A stretch of DNA of 64,000 nt, from contig NC_058368.1 in assembly GCF_018350175.1 (NCBI RefSeq), positions 32,242,001 to 32,306,000 on the forward strand. Reading direction: 5' to 3'. Positions 25,093 through 37,415 of this stretch are shown piece by piece. Below the pieces are notes generated by a model, which made no database searches, was not told the DNA's origin, and saw nothing but the letters and a program-made list of their open reading frames with translations. Every line of letters starts with the position of its first letter. Within the stretch, counting starts at the first letter, position 1. The DNA comes from Felis catus (Eukaryota). The translations under genes were made by a program, and so were the position numbers.

Positions 25093-27442
25093 TTCCTTAT
25101 AGATTGGATCTGGAAATATAGGGAAAGCCACTAGTCTAGGGTTTTTTTCTGATATATGAGAGAATGAAAATCAAAATAGGATCTCTCTGAAGAAAATAAG
25201 GCACAAGAATAAAATTCCTGTGAGATTTCTACTTGGGAAGGAAAATAACTGTTGGGACATTATTCAGTATAGCATTTCAAAAGTAAATATAGTCAATTCC
25301 ACAAAATATGTATTTCATAAATACCAAAGCAGAACAATCCAATGCAGAAGAAGAGAAAGGAATCAAGACCTGAGACTGTCCTGCAATGAATATGAAGTTA
25401 TTAAGTGGAATACTTCCTACCACTCAAGAGGGCACTGAGAGATTAAAATCTTGAACCAGACGTGTGTCTTTTTGACCTCTGCTGACACCAGCCTCCGCTC
25501 CAAAACTCAGTTTGAAGGGTAATATGACTCCTCCTTGCTTTCTTGTTGCTTTCTGGCAGTGCTATCCTTACTATATCTGCTAATACTAGCAGGCTATGAA
25601 GAAAATTAACACACACAACCTCCCAAGCCTATATCATCTTCTACGAGATCTCATTTCAGAATCACGGCTACAATCTGTAAAGCACCTTTTGAGAGGCTAT
25701 TAAGTTTAACTTCACCATACCTAACGCTACTATTTGCTGCTGTTTGTTGCTGTCCAGTTAGCATGCCAATTGATTCTATAATATATGATGTGCTAAATTG
25801 TTAGACCCTTGCTCTCTGTTTGAACTTCCTTTCTTTTAATCTACATTTCATGACTAGTTTCTTTCTCCTGCTTTCAACTAATCTCTTGAAATGCCTATTC
25901 TAAAGTCAGCCAACCCATTCTCTGAATGCTTCCTTCACAGTATTGCTTCAAACGAGATCTGGCCATTCCCAGAGAATATTGTTTCTTCTGTAATCATCCA
26001 GGAAAAATATTTATTTATTCAAACCCTTCATAATTCAGGGCAAGAGTGAAGATGTTATCTTCGACACTCACTACTGCTTCCATATTACTTCTCATACCCC
26101 TAGGATATAAAAAAAAGTATTTTTAGCATCTTATCATCAATATTAGATTAATCAACCCCATCCTTTAATTCATTGATGACTTGGGTATGGCTGACACATC
26201 AGATTCTGACATTTTTGGTATATTGGATACTCATTGATAACCCCTTGAATCCCCTGGCCTCTGGGGTTTTGACAGCTAGGATTTTCATATTCATATTTTT
26301 TAATGACTTTCTCCTCCCTTGCTCTCATTAACTCATTTCTGCAATCACAGTTATGTTTTTCTTCAGAAACAGTGTCACCAAACATAATAAATAATTTAAA
26401 CATCGAACTATGCAGCCACCTTTTTTCCTCTGTACTCAAGTACTCCAAATGCAGGTTTTCCTTCTTCATTATTACGCTGAAGACCATTGACATCCTCCTG
26501 TCTAAGTCTTTATTTAGTGTTTAGTCCCAGTCCCATTTAGCAAACATTTCATGATTTATCTTTTCAATTACTCCTGTGGATGATTTAATTTTATTGTATC
26601 CCTGATGTCATATCACATGCACCTGCCAAAGTCCTGACCCTGGAAGAAACAGTGAAGGATCTAAGAATCTTGTATTTGAAGAAGTCAAACTACGTGCACT
26701 TTTCTTATACTAATCATTATTTGCAGATTTATTTAAATCTTTGTAAGCCTCAATTTACTCAAACATCACATGAGAAAACTAATAGTAGATACTTCACAGA
26801 ATTACTATAAAAAGGATGAAATAATCCAGTGAAGGTGTTTATCACAGCAAGTGTTTAATACTTTCAGCTAACATCATCACTATTGCTATTGATTTAGTTT
26901 TGTCTATTTTCTCTGTCCTTTCGTATGATAAAACAGAGGCAGAGTGTAAATTTATGATCATTTTAATATGGTCGCAACATTTAACTGGATTTTCAACAAT
27001 GATTCACAGTATTACTATGTATTTTTAATTTTTGCCCTCTTAAGGAAACTATTTAGTTTTCCAGTACTCTCTACTATCCTCCAGGTCCTTACCTACCAGA
27101 AATCCTGCCTCTTTTCATTCTCATAACCTTACCTTGTATTTAAAAATATAAACATAGGCCAAAATGTAAGCACATTGCTTCTTCCCACCATGATATCTCC
27201 AAATCTATAGGAATAAACACACATTTCATGGTATCACTAGCCTTGTTCCAAAATATTCTCCATTAGGTAATTAGTTGCAGGATGTCAGTGAATGTTTCTG
27301 TCTTGTCTCCTACCCTGACAGACCAACACAGTATCTGCTAACCAATAGGATTATCATCTTTTTAACAGATAAATGGCACTTTTATGTATATTATTGTTAT
27401 TTTATGAATTACCATAATCTGAGAAAACAGAAAAATACAGCT

Positions 27443-27822
27443 TTTGCAGACTGAAATTTGTCCTTCCCAAATTCATATGTTGAAACTGTAATGGTCAATG
27501 TGACTGTATTTAGATATAGGGTCCTCAAGTAGGTAGTTAAGGTTAAATGAGGTGATAATGATGGGACCCTAATCTGATAAAATTAGGATCCTTGGAAGAA
27601 GAAGCAGAGACTTCAGAGAGCTCCCTCTCTTCCAGGCATATAAAGAGAAAAGGCCATGTGAGGACATAAGGAGGCCATCTGTAATCCAGGATGAGATCTC
27701 ATCAGACACCAGCATTGCTGGTGCTTTGATCTTAAACTTCCAACCACCAGAACTGGGGAAAAAAAATTTCTGGTTTTTTATCCAGCCTGTGATACTTCAT
27801 TTTGGCAGACTGAGCAGACCAA
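27443..27822 (+). mobile_element. MaLR solo LTR (MLT1A/B-like)
   Basis: aaattcatatgttgaaac...gtgactgtattt.gatatagggtc...taaggttaaatgagg...ggccatgtgaggaca...ttgatcttaaacttcca are characteristic MLT1 motifs. Confidence 0.85.
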
Positions 27823-28609
27823 TTTTGTTTTTTAACAAAAGCTACTATAATTTCTTTTAGAAAGTTAAAGTTTGTTTGAACTTTTTCAGTTTTCCATCAC
27901 TTTATTTGATATTTGATGGCACTTAAAAAAATTATTGAAGAACCGTGGGGAATTTGTATCATATTATACTTGCTTCAGAATATTCTGCTGGTAAAGGAGT
28001 CATGTGGAGAATGTATGGATTTTATATTGTTCAAATGATACTTAGTTTTAAAAGCATCTGATTTCTAATTTGTATGGGAAGGAAAGAACACAGATATAGA
28101 AAAATAGCTCTTCTTTCCTTGACATTGAACCAGAAAATCTGTGGGATATTGAGTTCAGGAAATGAGACTTGCTTTCCAATTAATTATTCTAGTACTTAAG
28201 CAACTAAATGCTGATAACTAAAAAAAAAAAAACAAACCAAATGTCTGAAACCTAAAGATACTACTTGAAGACTAACATGCTCCAGGAGCAGTTGTGATTT
28301 GCGTCCCAGCATGCTGATATACAAATACAAGTAACGGAAGAAGAGGAAGATTATCAGTTGAACCTTTACTTCACAGCAAATGCTTACCCATTTGTTTTTG
28401 TGGAAACTAATGTCTTCTTACATAAATTATATCATGCCATTCTCTCCTTTCTGTGTAAATCTCATTTCTACTAACAGTTCCCTGTATGTTATCTATTCAT
28501 ATGTGTTACAAAAATAGTGTTCCCCAAATTTTAAAATTAGCTATACTTTAGCTGTGTTCAACCCTGTCCCATGTTTACTTCTCATTCTGTCAATATTAAA
28601 TGAAAGTGG

Positions 28610-28870
28610 TTTTTTTTGTTTTTTGGTTTTTTTTTTGTTTTTTTTGTTTTTTTTTTAATTTTTTTTTCAACGTTTATTTATTTTTGGGACAGAGAGAGAC
28701 AGAGCATGAACGGGGGAGGGGCAGAGAGAGAGGGAGACACAGAATCGGAAACAGGCTCCAGGCTCTGAGCCATCAGCCCAGAGCCTGACGTGGGGCTCGA
28801 ACTCACGCACCGCGAGATTGTGACCTGGCTGAAGTCGGACGCTTAACCGACTGCGCCACCCAGGCGCCCC
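28610..28870 (-). mobile_element. Young CanSINE (SINEC_Fc-type) with long tail
   Basis: CpG-rich body (ggggcgcctgggtggcgcagtcggttaagcgtccgacttcagccagg) and ~60 nt T-rich tail. Confidence 0.95.
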
Positions 28871-28872
28871 TG

Positions 28873-29091
28873 TTTTTTTTTTTTTTTTTTTTTTTTTTTT
28901 GAGAGAGAGAGAGCGAGCAGGTATGCACACGAGCAGGGGCAGGAAACAGTAAGAGGGAAAGAGAGAATATAAAGCAGACTCCACATCCAGTGCAGAGCCT
29001 GATGTGGGTCTTGATCTCACAACCATGAGATCATGACCCGAGTGGAAATCAAGAATCTGACGCTTAATTGACTGAGCCACCCATGCGCCCC
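28873..29091 (-). mobile_element. Older CanSINE whose tail hosts the young SINE
   Basis: GGGGCGCATGGGTGGCTCAG head at 29091; its poly-T tail abuts the head of the young copy. Confidence 0.9.
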
Positions 29092-29147
29092 TAAAAGATC
29101 TGTTTAAAAAAGATTGTAAATGAAGCATGCAGTAAACAGTATGATAA

Positions 29148-29173
29148 CCCCCCCCCCCCCCCCCCCCCCCCCC
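29148..29173. repeat. Poly-C tract (~26 nt)
   Basis: Seen directly. Confidence 0.95.
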
Positions 29174-29194
29174 GCCCCGCAAACATTAGCTCAG

Positions 29195-29390
29195 GGATTC
29201 TGGAATCACTAACATTTTGGACAGAATTATGCTTATTGTGTGTGATTGCTCCTGTGCTTAGCTGCATCCTGCTCTTCATCCACTAGTTTCCAGTGGAATA
29301 GCTCCCCACATTTTGTTGAAAACCAAAAATAGCTTCAGATATTGCCAGATATCTGCTGGAGGACAAACATATTCTTGGTTGAGCACAACT
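29195..29390. mobile_element. MER20-like non-autonomous hAT DNA transposon
   Basis: acattttggacagaattatgctt...ccactag...aaccaaaaat...cagatattgccagat...ggttgagcacaactg resembles the recalled MER20 consensus. Confidence 0.75.
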
Positions 29391-30915
29391 GTGTTTGCTA
29401 CTTGTTGCTTTTGCTATAAATTAGTAATTATTAAAACTCCACACACACAAGAGGGGTCTATTCAAATTCGGGTACTATTCATTTTATTAACATAATATAA
29501 CTAGGTAAAATAGTCAAGTATTTTCATTATTGGGCACAGAGTAAAATAATCTATGTTAATGACAGCCTGGTGAGATCTAGGCACATAAACTTTAATTTTC
29601 TCCAAAGGTCAGCTTCTGTTCTTGACAAATGCTAGTCTTTATTTTAAACATTGTGTTTTATGACACTAGTTCCTATCATTTGAAGTCATATCCCATCTGT
29701 AGTAGGCTATATCCAAATGTCAAGATAAAATTTTTCAATTTATTGCATATTTAGGTATTTCTGACCATAGAAATAGCCAATTGACATGCAAAAGATATAT
29801 TAGTTTATTACCAAGTTTATCTGATTATTTGGGCGGCAGAAATCCCTGGGCCAGCACGATTGATATATGACATTCAGTTGCGTCAAACCAACCTCGCAGG
29901 GATTCAGTTAATTGAGTGGGAGCTATTATTACTGTCAAGAAATCCACACATGTTGCAGAATAGTTCACTCAGTACCAGAATAAAGGAACCTTAGAATTGA
30001 AAGTTGTCTTAGTAATTATTTAGTCCAAATTTCTCCAGTGTTGAGTTTTCTCACAGATATTAACTCAGCATTGACTTGAGTACACCCAGACATGATTTTT
30101 AAAATTCTAAGTCTTAGTGAAACCAAATATCATGAAATTAGAGATTGGAAATACTAGAATTATCTATGTTTTTCTAGGTTGTAGATTCAAGGATCTTGTT
30201 AAATCATTTTTACTGTTGAAGCATTCTCAATCATCCTAAATAATTTTGTTGATACATAAGCATGAAGACAACAATGTTGAAGTGCTTTGTATCTTTCTAT
30301 TGTAAAAGTATACCAGAATACTTTCAATAAGATATTTGAAAAGGCCACAATATAAACATGGATTTGTCTTACCCTAAACCTCCTCTGCAAAAGAAACCTT
30401 TTTAAAAAAGATAAATAAGTATTTTCTCTTAAAGCATATATAAGTCTGCTTTAGGTCAAAAAAAAGTCCATAAACACATTCTGAGAATGTTCAAGCATTT
30501 TTTATGTCTGTTAACAAAAGTATGCATATGAAGTTAAAACTCTGTCATTGAAGTATTTACTAATCAACCACTGATAATGTTTATAATTGTCAAAAACATT
30601 AACAAAAAATTATTCAAAGTAGTTCAGTAAATGCTTCTCTTATTTATGGATATGTTTAAAAATGAAATGAGCTTTAAAAATCATTAATACCTGTGAATTT
30701 CATGATGAAATCACCATTATGGAATTGCCCCTAAGTAATGATTTTGGAGAAGTGTGCAGGTACATGTCTATGTAAGCCCTTAAATGCTAAACAAATACTC
30801 CTAGAAAATGAAGATAAATTGTTTTGTATGTATTTTTCATCTTTGTCTTTCATCTTTATTTCTCATTTTCTGTCTGTATTGCATTTTCTAGGCTCTCTGA
30901 TATACAACAGAAGTG

Positions 30916-30990
30916 GTGCTGGCTTAGGCAGCACATTTGCTAACATTGGAAAGATACAGAGAAGATTAGCATGGCCCCTGGACAGGATGA
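30916..30990 (+). pseudogene. RNU6: U6 snRNA retropseudogene, 3'-truncated and tailless
   Basis: gtgctggcttaggcagcacatttgctaacattggaaagatacagagaagattagcatggcccctg matches the U6 5' portion, including the ACAGAGA box. TSD tacaa(c/t)agaagtg at 30903-30915 and 30991-31003. Confidence 0.95.
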
Positions 30991-31009
30991 TACAATAGAA
31001 GTGTTGATA

Positions 31010-31860
31010 TTGACTATCTTTGGTCTCAGAGAGAAAGCTATCAATACTTAAATATTACATATGTTTTTTGTTTTTTTTCCCATTCAGATTATCAGATAAA
31101 AGAAGTCCCCTTCTATGGTGAGGTCCCCCCCCCCCCATCAATAATAGGTGTTGGCTTATTTGTGAAGTTTTTCTCTCTTATTGATCATATGACTTTTCTT
31201 TATTGTCCTATGAATGTTGCAAATTGTATAACAGTTAAAATGATGAGTTACTCTTTTACTTGTGGGATAAGCTGTTCTGTATCATATGTTATTCTTGTTA
31301 CATATTATTGAATTTGACTGGCCAATATTTTGTTAAAGATTCTGCATCCATGTGCATGAGAGATATTCATCAGATATGTTCTGACTTTTGCAAAGTGCTT
31401 GTCAACTTTTGATATTAAGGTCATGTTGGCAACATAAAATTAATTATTTCTTTGCTAAAATCTGGAAAAATTTTGCAACATTGATGTTATTTCTTTCTTA
31501 AAAATATAGAACACGTATGTGGGAAACCATCTGCACATAAGGTTTTTTCCTTTTTTTAAATTATAGATCTATTTTTATAAGGTATATAACAATTCAGATT
31601 TTCTATTCTTTTTTGAGTTCTACAGGAATTTGTCTATATAGCCAAAGTCACTGCCAAAAATTGTAAATACTTTTGTTATTTTTATGTCTAGAACCTTCAG
31701 TGATGATCATTTCGGTTCTTTCTGTTTTTCATCAGATTTTATAAGCATTCATCAATTTGATTAACCTTTTAGCATTGTCATTGTTCTCAACTGCATTTTA
31801 TTTTCTATTTCATTGCTTTCTTCTTTTATCTTCATTGTTTTTTCCTTTATCCTCTTTTGT
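31010..31860 (-). mobile_element. Old L1 ORF2 fragment
   Basis: T-rich motifs ccaatattttgttaaagattctgcatccatgtgcatgagagatatt and aggaatttgtctat. Confidence 0.7.
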
Positions 31861-32205
31861 TTTTTTTTTGATGTTTGGTTTTTTTGTTTGTTTGTTTGTT
31901 TGTTTTGTTTTGGGTTTTTTTGGAACTTATTGAGATGGAGCTTAAAAAGTGTACATTTGTTCAAAACCATGATAAGTAAAAATGCTAGTGAGTAGATTGG
32001 TCCAATCTTTCAGTTCCATAAGGGATGGGCAATTCATAAATAATAACTATTTTACTTCACAGAACTTCTGCAAATTAGAATCAGTACAGCCACTACAAGA
32101 AGTATTTTATAAGATTATTAGTTTTTCTTATCTCATTTAAGCAAACATATGAAATGAAAGCTATTTTTCATTCCGTACGAAGAATGTTTTTAAAAAATCA
32201 CTGCA

Positions 32206-32415
32206 GGGGCTCCTGGGTGGCTCAGTCGGTTAAGCATCCAACTTTGGCTCAGGTCATGATCACACAGCTCATGAGTTCAAGCCCCGCATCCGGCTCTGTG
32301 CTGACAGCTCAGAGGCTGGAACCTTCTTCAGAACCTGTCTCTGTCTCTGTGTCCCTCCCTGCTCACACACTGTCTTTCTCTCAAATATAAATAAATGTTA
32401 ACAAAAATTATAAAA
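32206..32415 (+). mobile_element. CanSINE
   Basis: Typical body; TSD tcactgcagg. Confidence 0.93.
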
Positions 32416-33693
32416 AAAGTCACTGCAGGTATGACTTATCCAAGTGTCCATGAGTTTTATACTGTCAATCCAGTATGAATGCAAAACAGAAGAAATGTTA
32501 AAAGAACCTGTATGGAAAAATATCAGACATATGGATATGAGTTTGATAAACCGAGGTCTATATTACAAAAGTATGAGTCATAGCTCAATTTAGAAAAAAA
32601 ATGCAAAAGTTTTTTTTTTAAAGGAATTATAGCTCTGTACATAATTCTTTATTGACTAGCTGATGAGATAGTGTGTAAGTGGCATGAAAGCTCTGGGTGA
32701 AAATAACTGTCTTTAAATAGAATGAAGCCATTGTGCAACTAGAAACTTCTTTTTCCTTAAAGTTTAAACACTTTTCCTATTTGAAGGGAACATAAGAGAG
32801 AAAGAAATGTTGAACCACAACTCTCTAGAAGAAATAAAGTACATCTCTTAATTCTTAACTTTAGTTCTTTTTAAAAAATATGTATCTATTTATAACATGT
32901 GATATATAATTTTTAAAAGTATATATATGCTTTATGCAACACACACACAAACACCGCTGTAAATGAGATACAGACTAGGAGTAATTTTTTCTGCACATTA
33001 TTTTAGGAAAAGTTATCATTCTTTTCATATGATGATAGTTAATAATATAATAATAATAGTATAATAGTAATAATAGTATATTGTGAACGATAAAATTGAT
33101 AAAAATGCTGTGAGAAATCTACATATGTTGGACCACTGTAAATTAATTGCGATCTATTTTTAAAATATATTTCATACAATACTAGAGGAGATACACTGAG
33201 AGACAAACCTTTATTTAGGATAAACCATACCGTGAGAGTGATATTTGAAGACACGTTTGATTAGGAATAACATTCCGTCTTTGAAAGAAACTCGTAAACC
33301 TTTTAAAGGAAAGCAAAGCAACCAGCTGCAGTCCAGTGTTGCATAGTAATATCTTCTGTATTTGTTCACTGGCTCTAACAAAGCTTGCAGTTTCCCCTTA
33401 CCTTAGTGCTCTGCCTTACGTCAGTGAATACACCATTAAAATACAGATAATAATCTGCATTGTCTATCAGTTCATGAATATTTGTTTGAAATACTCTATG
33501 TATTGCTTACCTCACACACAGTCTTAGTCTCATGATTCCTTATAACAACAACCATACTGTTGTTTTACATTGTTAGTAACCTAAAAGGTGTCGCTGTGCC
33601 ATAAAAACTCTCTTGGCTATATATCATGATAATAATGCGTAAGAATATGTGTTTTTTGTTTTTTACAAATTTCTCATTATAAAATAAATGTCA

Positions 33694-34180
33694 TGGGGAT
33701 ATAACGTATATAGCATGATGAGTATAGTTAATAACACTGTATTGCATCTTTAAAAGTGGCTAAAAGATCTTAAAACTTATCACAAAAGGGACGCCAGGGT
33801 AGTTCAGTTGGTTAAGCGTCTGACCTTGGATCAAGTCATGATCTCACAGTTCCTGAGTTAGTACCCTGTATGTGGCTCTCGGCTATCAGCACAGAGCAGG
33901 CTTTGGATCCTCTGTCCCCTCTCTCTCTGCCCCTCCTCCACTTGAGCTACCATCGTCTCTCTCAATAAATAAATAAATAAATAAATAAATAAACAAACAA
34001 ACTAACTAAACAACTTATCACAAGAAAAAAATGTAACTGTGTATGGTACCTAGGTATCATAACATAACATAAGATAACCTAGGTACATAACAACTAGTTA
34101 CCTAGTTGTTACCTAGACTTATTGCGGAGCTCATTTGGCAATATCTACAAATACCAAATCATTATGCTGTATGCTTGAAA
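33694..34180 (+). mobile_element. Old L1 3' end fragment interrupted by a SINE
   Basis: L1 3' UTR motifs: tatagcatgatgagtatagttaataacactgtattg and aaatcattatgctgtatgcttgaaa. Confidence 0.75.
33788..34010 (+). mobile_element. CanSINE nested in an L1 3' fragment
   Basis: Typical body; TSD aacttatcacaa. Confidence 0.9.
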
Positions 34181-35589
34181 AAACAATCAACACCCTACCC
34201 AGATTCAGTGTGAGAAACCATAGAATAAATCAGTGTTTGAGCTGGATAGGCCCTAGGAATCATCTACTAAACTCCCTGCTTTCTGAGGAACACTCCGTGC
34301 TCTAATTGACAAAGATCCAAAGATCTTTGTGTTATACCAGAAGATTGACTGTATGTGACAGAAACATAGATACCCTTCCACACACACACACCCTTCCACA
34401 ATCCCACTGTACAGGAATAAAAATGATTCCTAAAGCTATATTAAAAAAACAAACAAAAAACACTTCTGTTTTAGAGTCCAAGACCAAAATTCAATGCCAC
34501 ATTTGTGGCTTACTAGCTTTTGAATCTTGGGCAAGTTCTAATACTCTGGCGAAGTCATTTACCATTTATATCTTTTGATTTCCTTCTCTGTAAACTTAAG
34601 ACTCATCATAGAATTTGTTTTATAGGACTGCTGTAAGGATCAAATGACAAAGTGTTTAACAATTATTGTAAAATGTCAATGACTTAAATTTTATGGTCTA
34701 CCTTAAATGACTTTGTGTATTCAAAATGGCCCACAACATGTAACACGTGTTTCATGCACATTATTTAATAGCATTTAGTGGTGAAAACCATGAGTTATTG
34801 AGTGAGCCTGTCAGCATGGAATCCTGGTTCTTCCAGTTTCTAACCTTGGGCAAATTATATAACCTTTCAGGTTATTGAAATGATTAAATTATCTGATTAA
34901 AAAAATACCTAATTGTTTATGAAACCCTTAAAACAGTGCATATACTATATAGCAATATACAATAAATATTAATGTTTAGTAATACTAGTATTATAAAATA
35001 ATATTGATATTAATAATTATTATAATAACTTCAGCTTGGACACATTCACTGCTTAATCCTGGAAAGACATTTCTCTGGATTTTAAATCTCTATCCTTGTG
35101 CTGAGTGAAAGGAAAAAGGGAAAAAGTCCCTCGTACCTTAACGCTCAAAAATTCGATCATCTACTGTATCAGCTTTAATGCACAGTACTGATATTAAGGT
35201 AACTGAATAGTGGGGGTATGACCCACTAATATATCTCAATCAATTATGACTCATGCCATATCAAATCTCTTACTAAAATAAGTTAAAATAGCAAAGTTTA
35301 TAAAAATGTATTTATAATTTTTCCCTGACATGAAGTCAGTCTTACTCATTTGACTTCACATAATGCTTTTTTGAGTGAAAGAGAGAAATATAGTTACAGC
35401 AATGAAAATGAAGCACGATTTATACCCATTATTGATGCAAACCATGGAATCAAGTGCCAAATGTGAGTTACAATATTTTCCACTGACTGTGATAGAAAAA
35501 AACAAAACAAACCTAAGTTGCTATCATGCTCATAGAATTTTATCCTATTCAAAAGCATGGGAAATATCCATACTCCTTTTTGGGTCCTG

Positions 35590-37415
35590 GAGGACTGCTA
35601 TCTGCCTGCCCCTTCATCTCCCCAGTGCAGGCTAGTTGGAGGTCCAGCCTTCAGGCAGTCGCTGGGAAGTCAGGATATTGGATGTACAGTCTACCCCTAT
35701 GAGGGAGAAACTAGGGTTGGGTGTTTTTGCTCAGTCACTCTGTACTGAGCCAGAGGGAATGGTTGCTAGGAGTGTTTTTGCATCCACTAGAACCACCTCT
35801 CTGTTTTCATGTGATCCTGGGGGACTGTAGAATGCCTAGTCTTTTCACCTCCCAGAGCTAGGTAATTTGGAACCAGTCTGTCAAGTGGTGGCCATAACAA
35901 GTGGGTAATGGATGTATGGACAAGCTCCTTCCAGAGAGAAGCTGAAGAGCTGGTTTACTTTTGGAGACAACTGAAGAAAGACAGCTGGGGTTGATGCCAC
36001 AAGCTCTATGAGGCTCCCAGAAGAATCCCAGTCAATTCTCACATGCAGGCTGATTAGAAGCCGGAAGCTCAGGCCACAGCTTGAAAAATATGTAGTCAGA
36101 TCCCTTCCAGGTGTTTCTGCCTGCTGTCTCTGTACTCAGCATGAGGGACAGTTTTAAGAAGTGCTTTGTACTCATTTTAAAACTGTATTTTTGTGTAACA
36201 CGGTCCTGTGGTACTTGTGGATACCAAGCCCCGTTGGCTATCAGAGCAAGTTGATTTGAGGGCCCTGCCCCTTGAGTGACAGCCAAAAACCTTGGGGTAC
36301 AAGATGTGTGGAGAAGTTTCTTTCTAGGGGGTAGCCTTAGAAAAAAAAACAAACAGAGGGCCTAGACTAAACACTAGTTTGTATTGTTGGAGCCAACCTG
36401 CAGTAGAATGTGGGGAGATGCCCACCAGCTCTTTCAGGCTCTCAGAAAGATGCAGGGTGTTGAGAAGCCTGACCCTCAGGCAGCAGCTGGCAAAGTATGC
36501 AGCCAAACCACTTTAAGTGAGAAACTAGGGAATGGTCTTTTGTGCCTGTTGCTCACACCGAGTCCAGGTGTATAGGCATGAAGAGTGTTCACCTGCCTGT
36601 TTAAAAAATAGCTTCTTTGTTTGCTACAGTGCTGTGGGGCTCATGAATGCAAACTCTGTTGGCTAGGTGCTTTGAGGACCTGTCCTTCAGGTGCCAGCCA
36701 TAGATGTTGGGGTGTTAAAATGTGTGAACAGGCTCCTTGAAAGGAGAGCCAGTAACTTGGTTTTATTGTCAGAGTGAGCAGGAGGGAGAGGGTGGGGTAA
36801 AGGCTCCCCGGCTTGTTAGTGCTCTGAAGAGGATCCCAGTCATTCCCTAGATTGTTATTAGGAGGCAGGAAGTTAGGTGACAGCTACAAAGAATGTTGTC
36901 AAATCCCTTCAGGGGAAAAGCTGGAAAATGGGAAGTTTTATCTGTTTGCTCTGCACTGAGCCTGGGGCAATGGTATCAAGGAGTGCTCACACACCTACTT
37001 AACAAGTGCTTTGTCTGCTCCTGTTTTGTGGGACTCATGCACACAAGTTCCCCTGACCTTCAGATTTTGACCTGTCCCTCGGGTGTTAACCTTAAAAGAC
37101 AAGGTGCTAGCTTGATGCAATATCTTCCTTCCTTAGGGAGAACCCACAAGTTGAGAGGGTTCCCTCCCAGTTGTAAGGCACTGTGCAGAGGTTGGGGTTT
37201 CTGGTGAGAGTGCATCTCGCATTTCAAAGCCCTTGATGGGCTTGAAATCGCATTTCAAAGCCCTTGATGATACTTTCTCAGTTGCCCAATGTGTACAAGT
37301 CATTCAACTAATTTTTGGATTTCTGTCAGTGGAAACAGATTCATATGTAGCTACATATTTGGTGTCTCTGTGGTAGGAGGGAAATTCAGGAGCCTCCTAT
37401 GTGGGCATCTTGGTG
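35590..37415 (-). mobile_element. Old L1 5' UTR fragment with ~400 bp degenerate tandem monomers
   Basis: Ends in gcctcctatgtgggcatcttgg (minus strand CCAAGATG...ATAGGAGGC, L1-like 5' start). Four related units start near 35730, 36120, 36540 and 36940. Confidence 0.6.

Noticed and set aside
28600..29182. ORFs with near-identical peptides to those at 56968-57342 and 63307-63666
   Set aside because: Translations of CanSINE copies, not a gene family.
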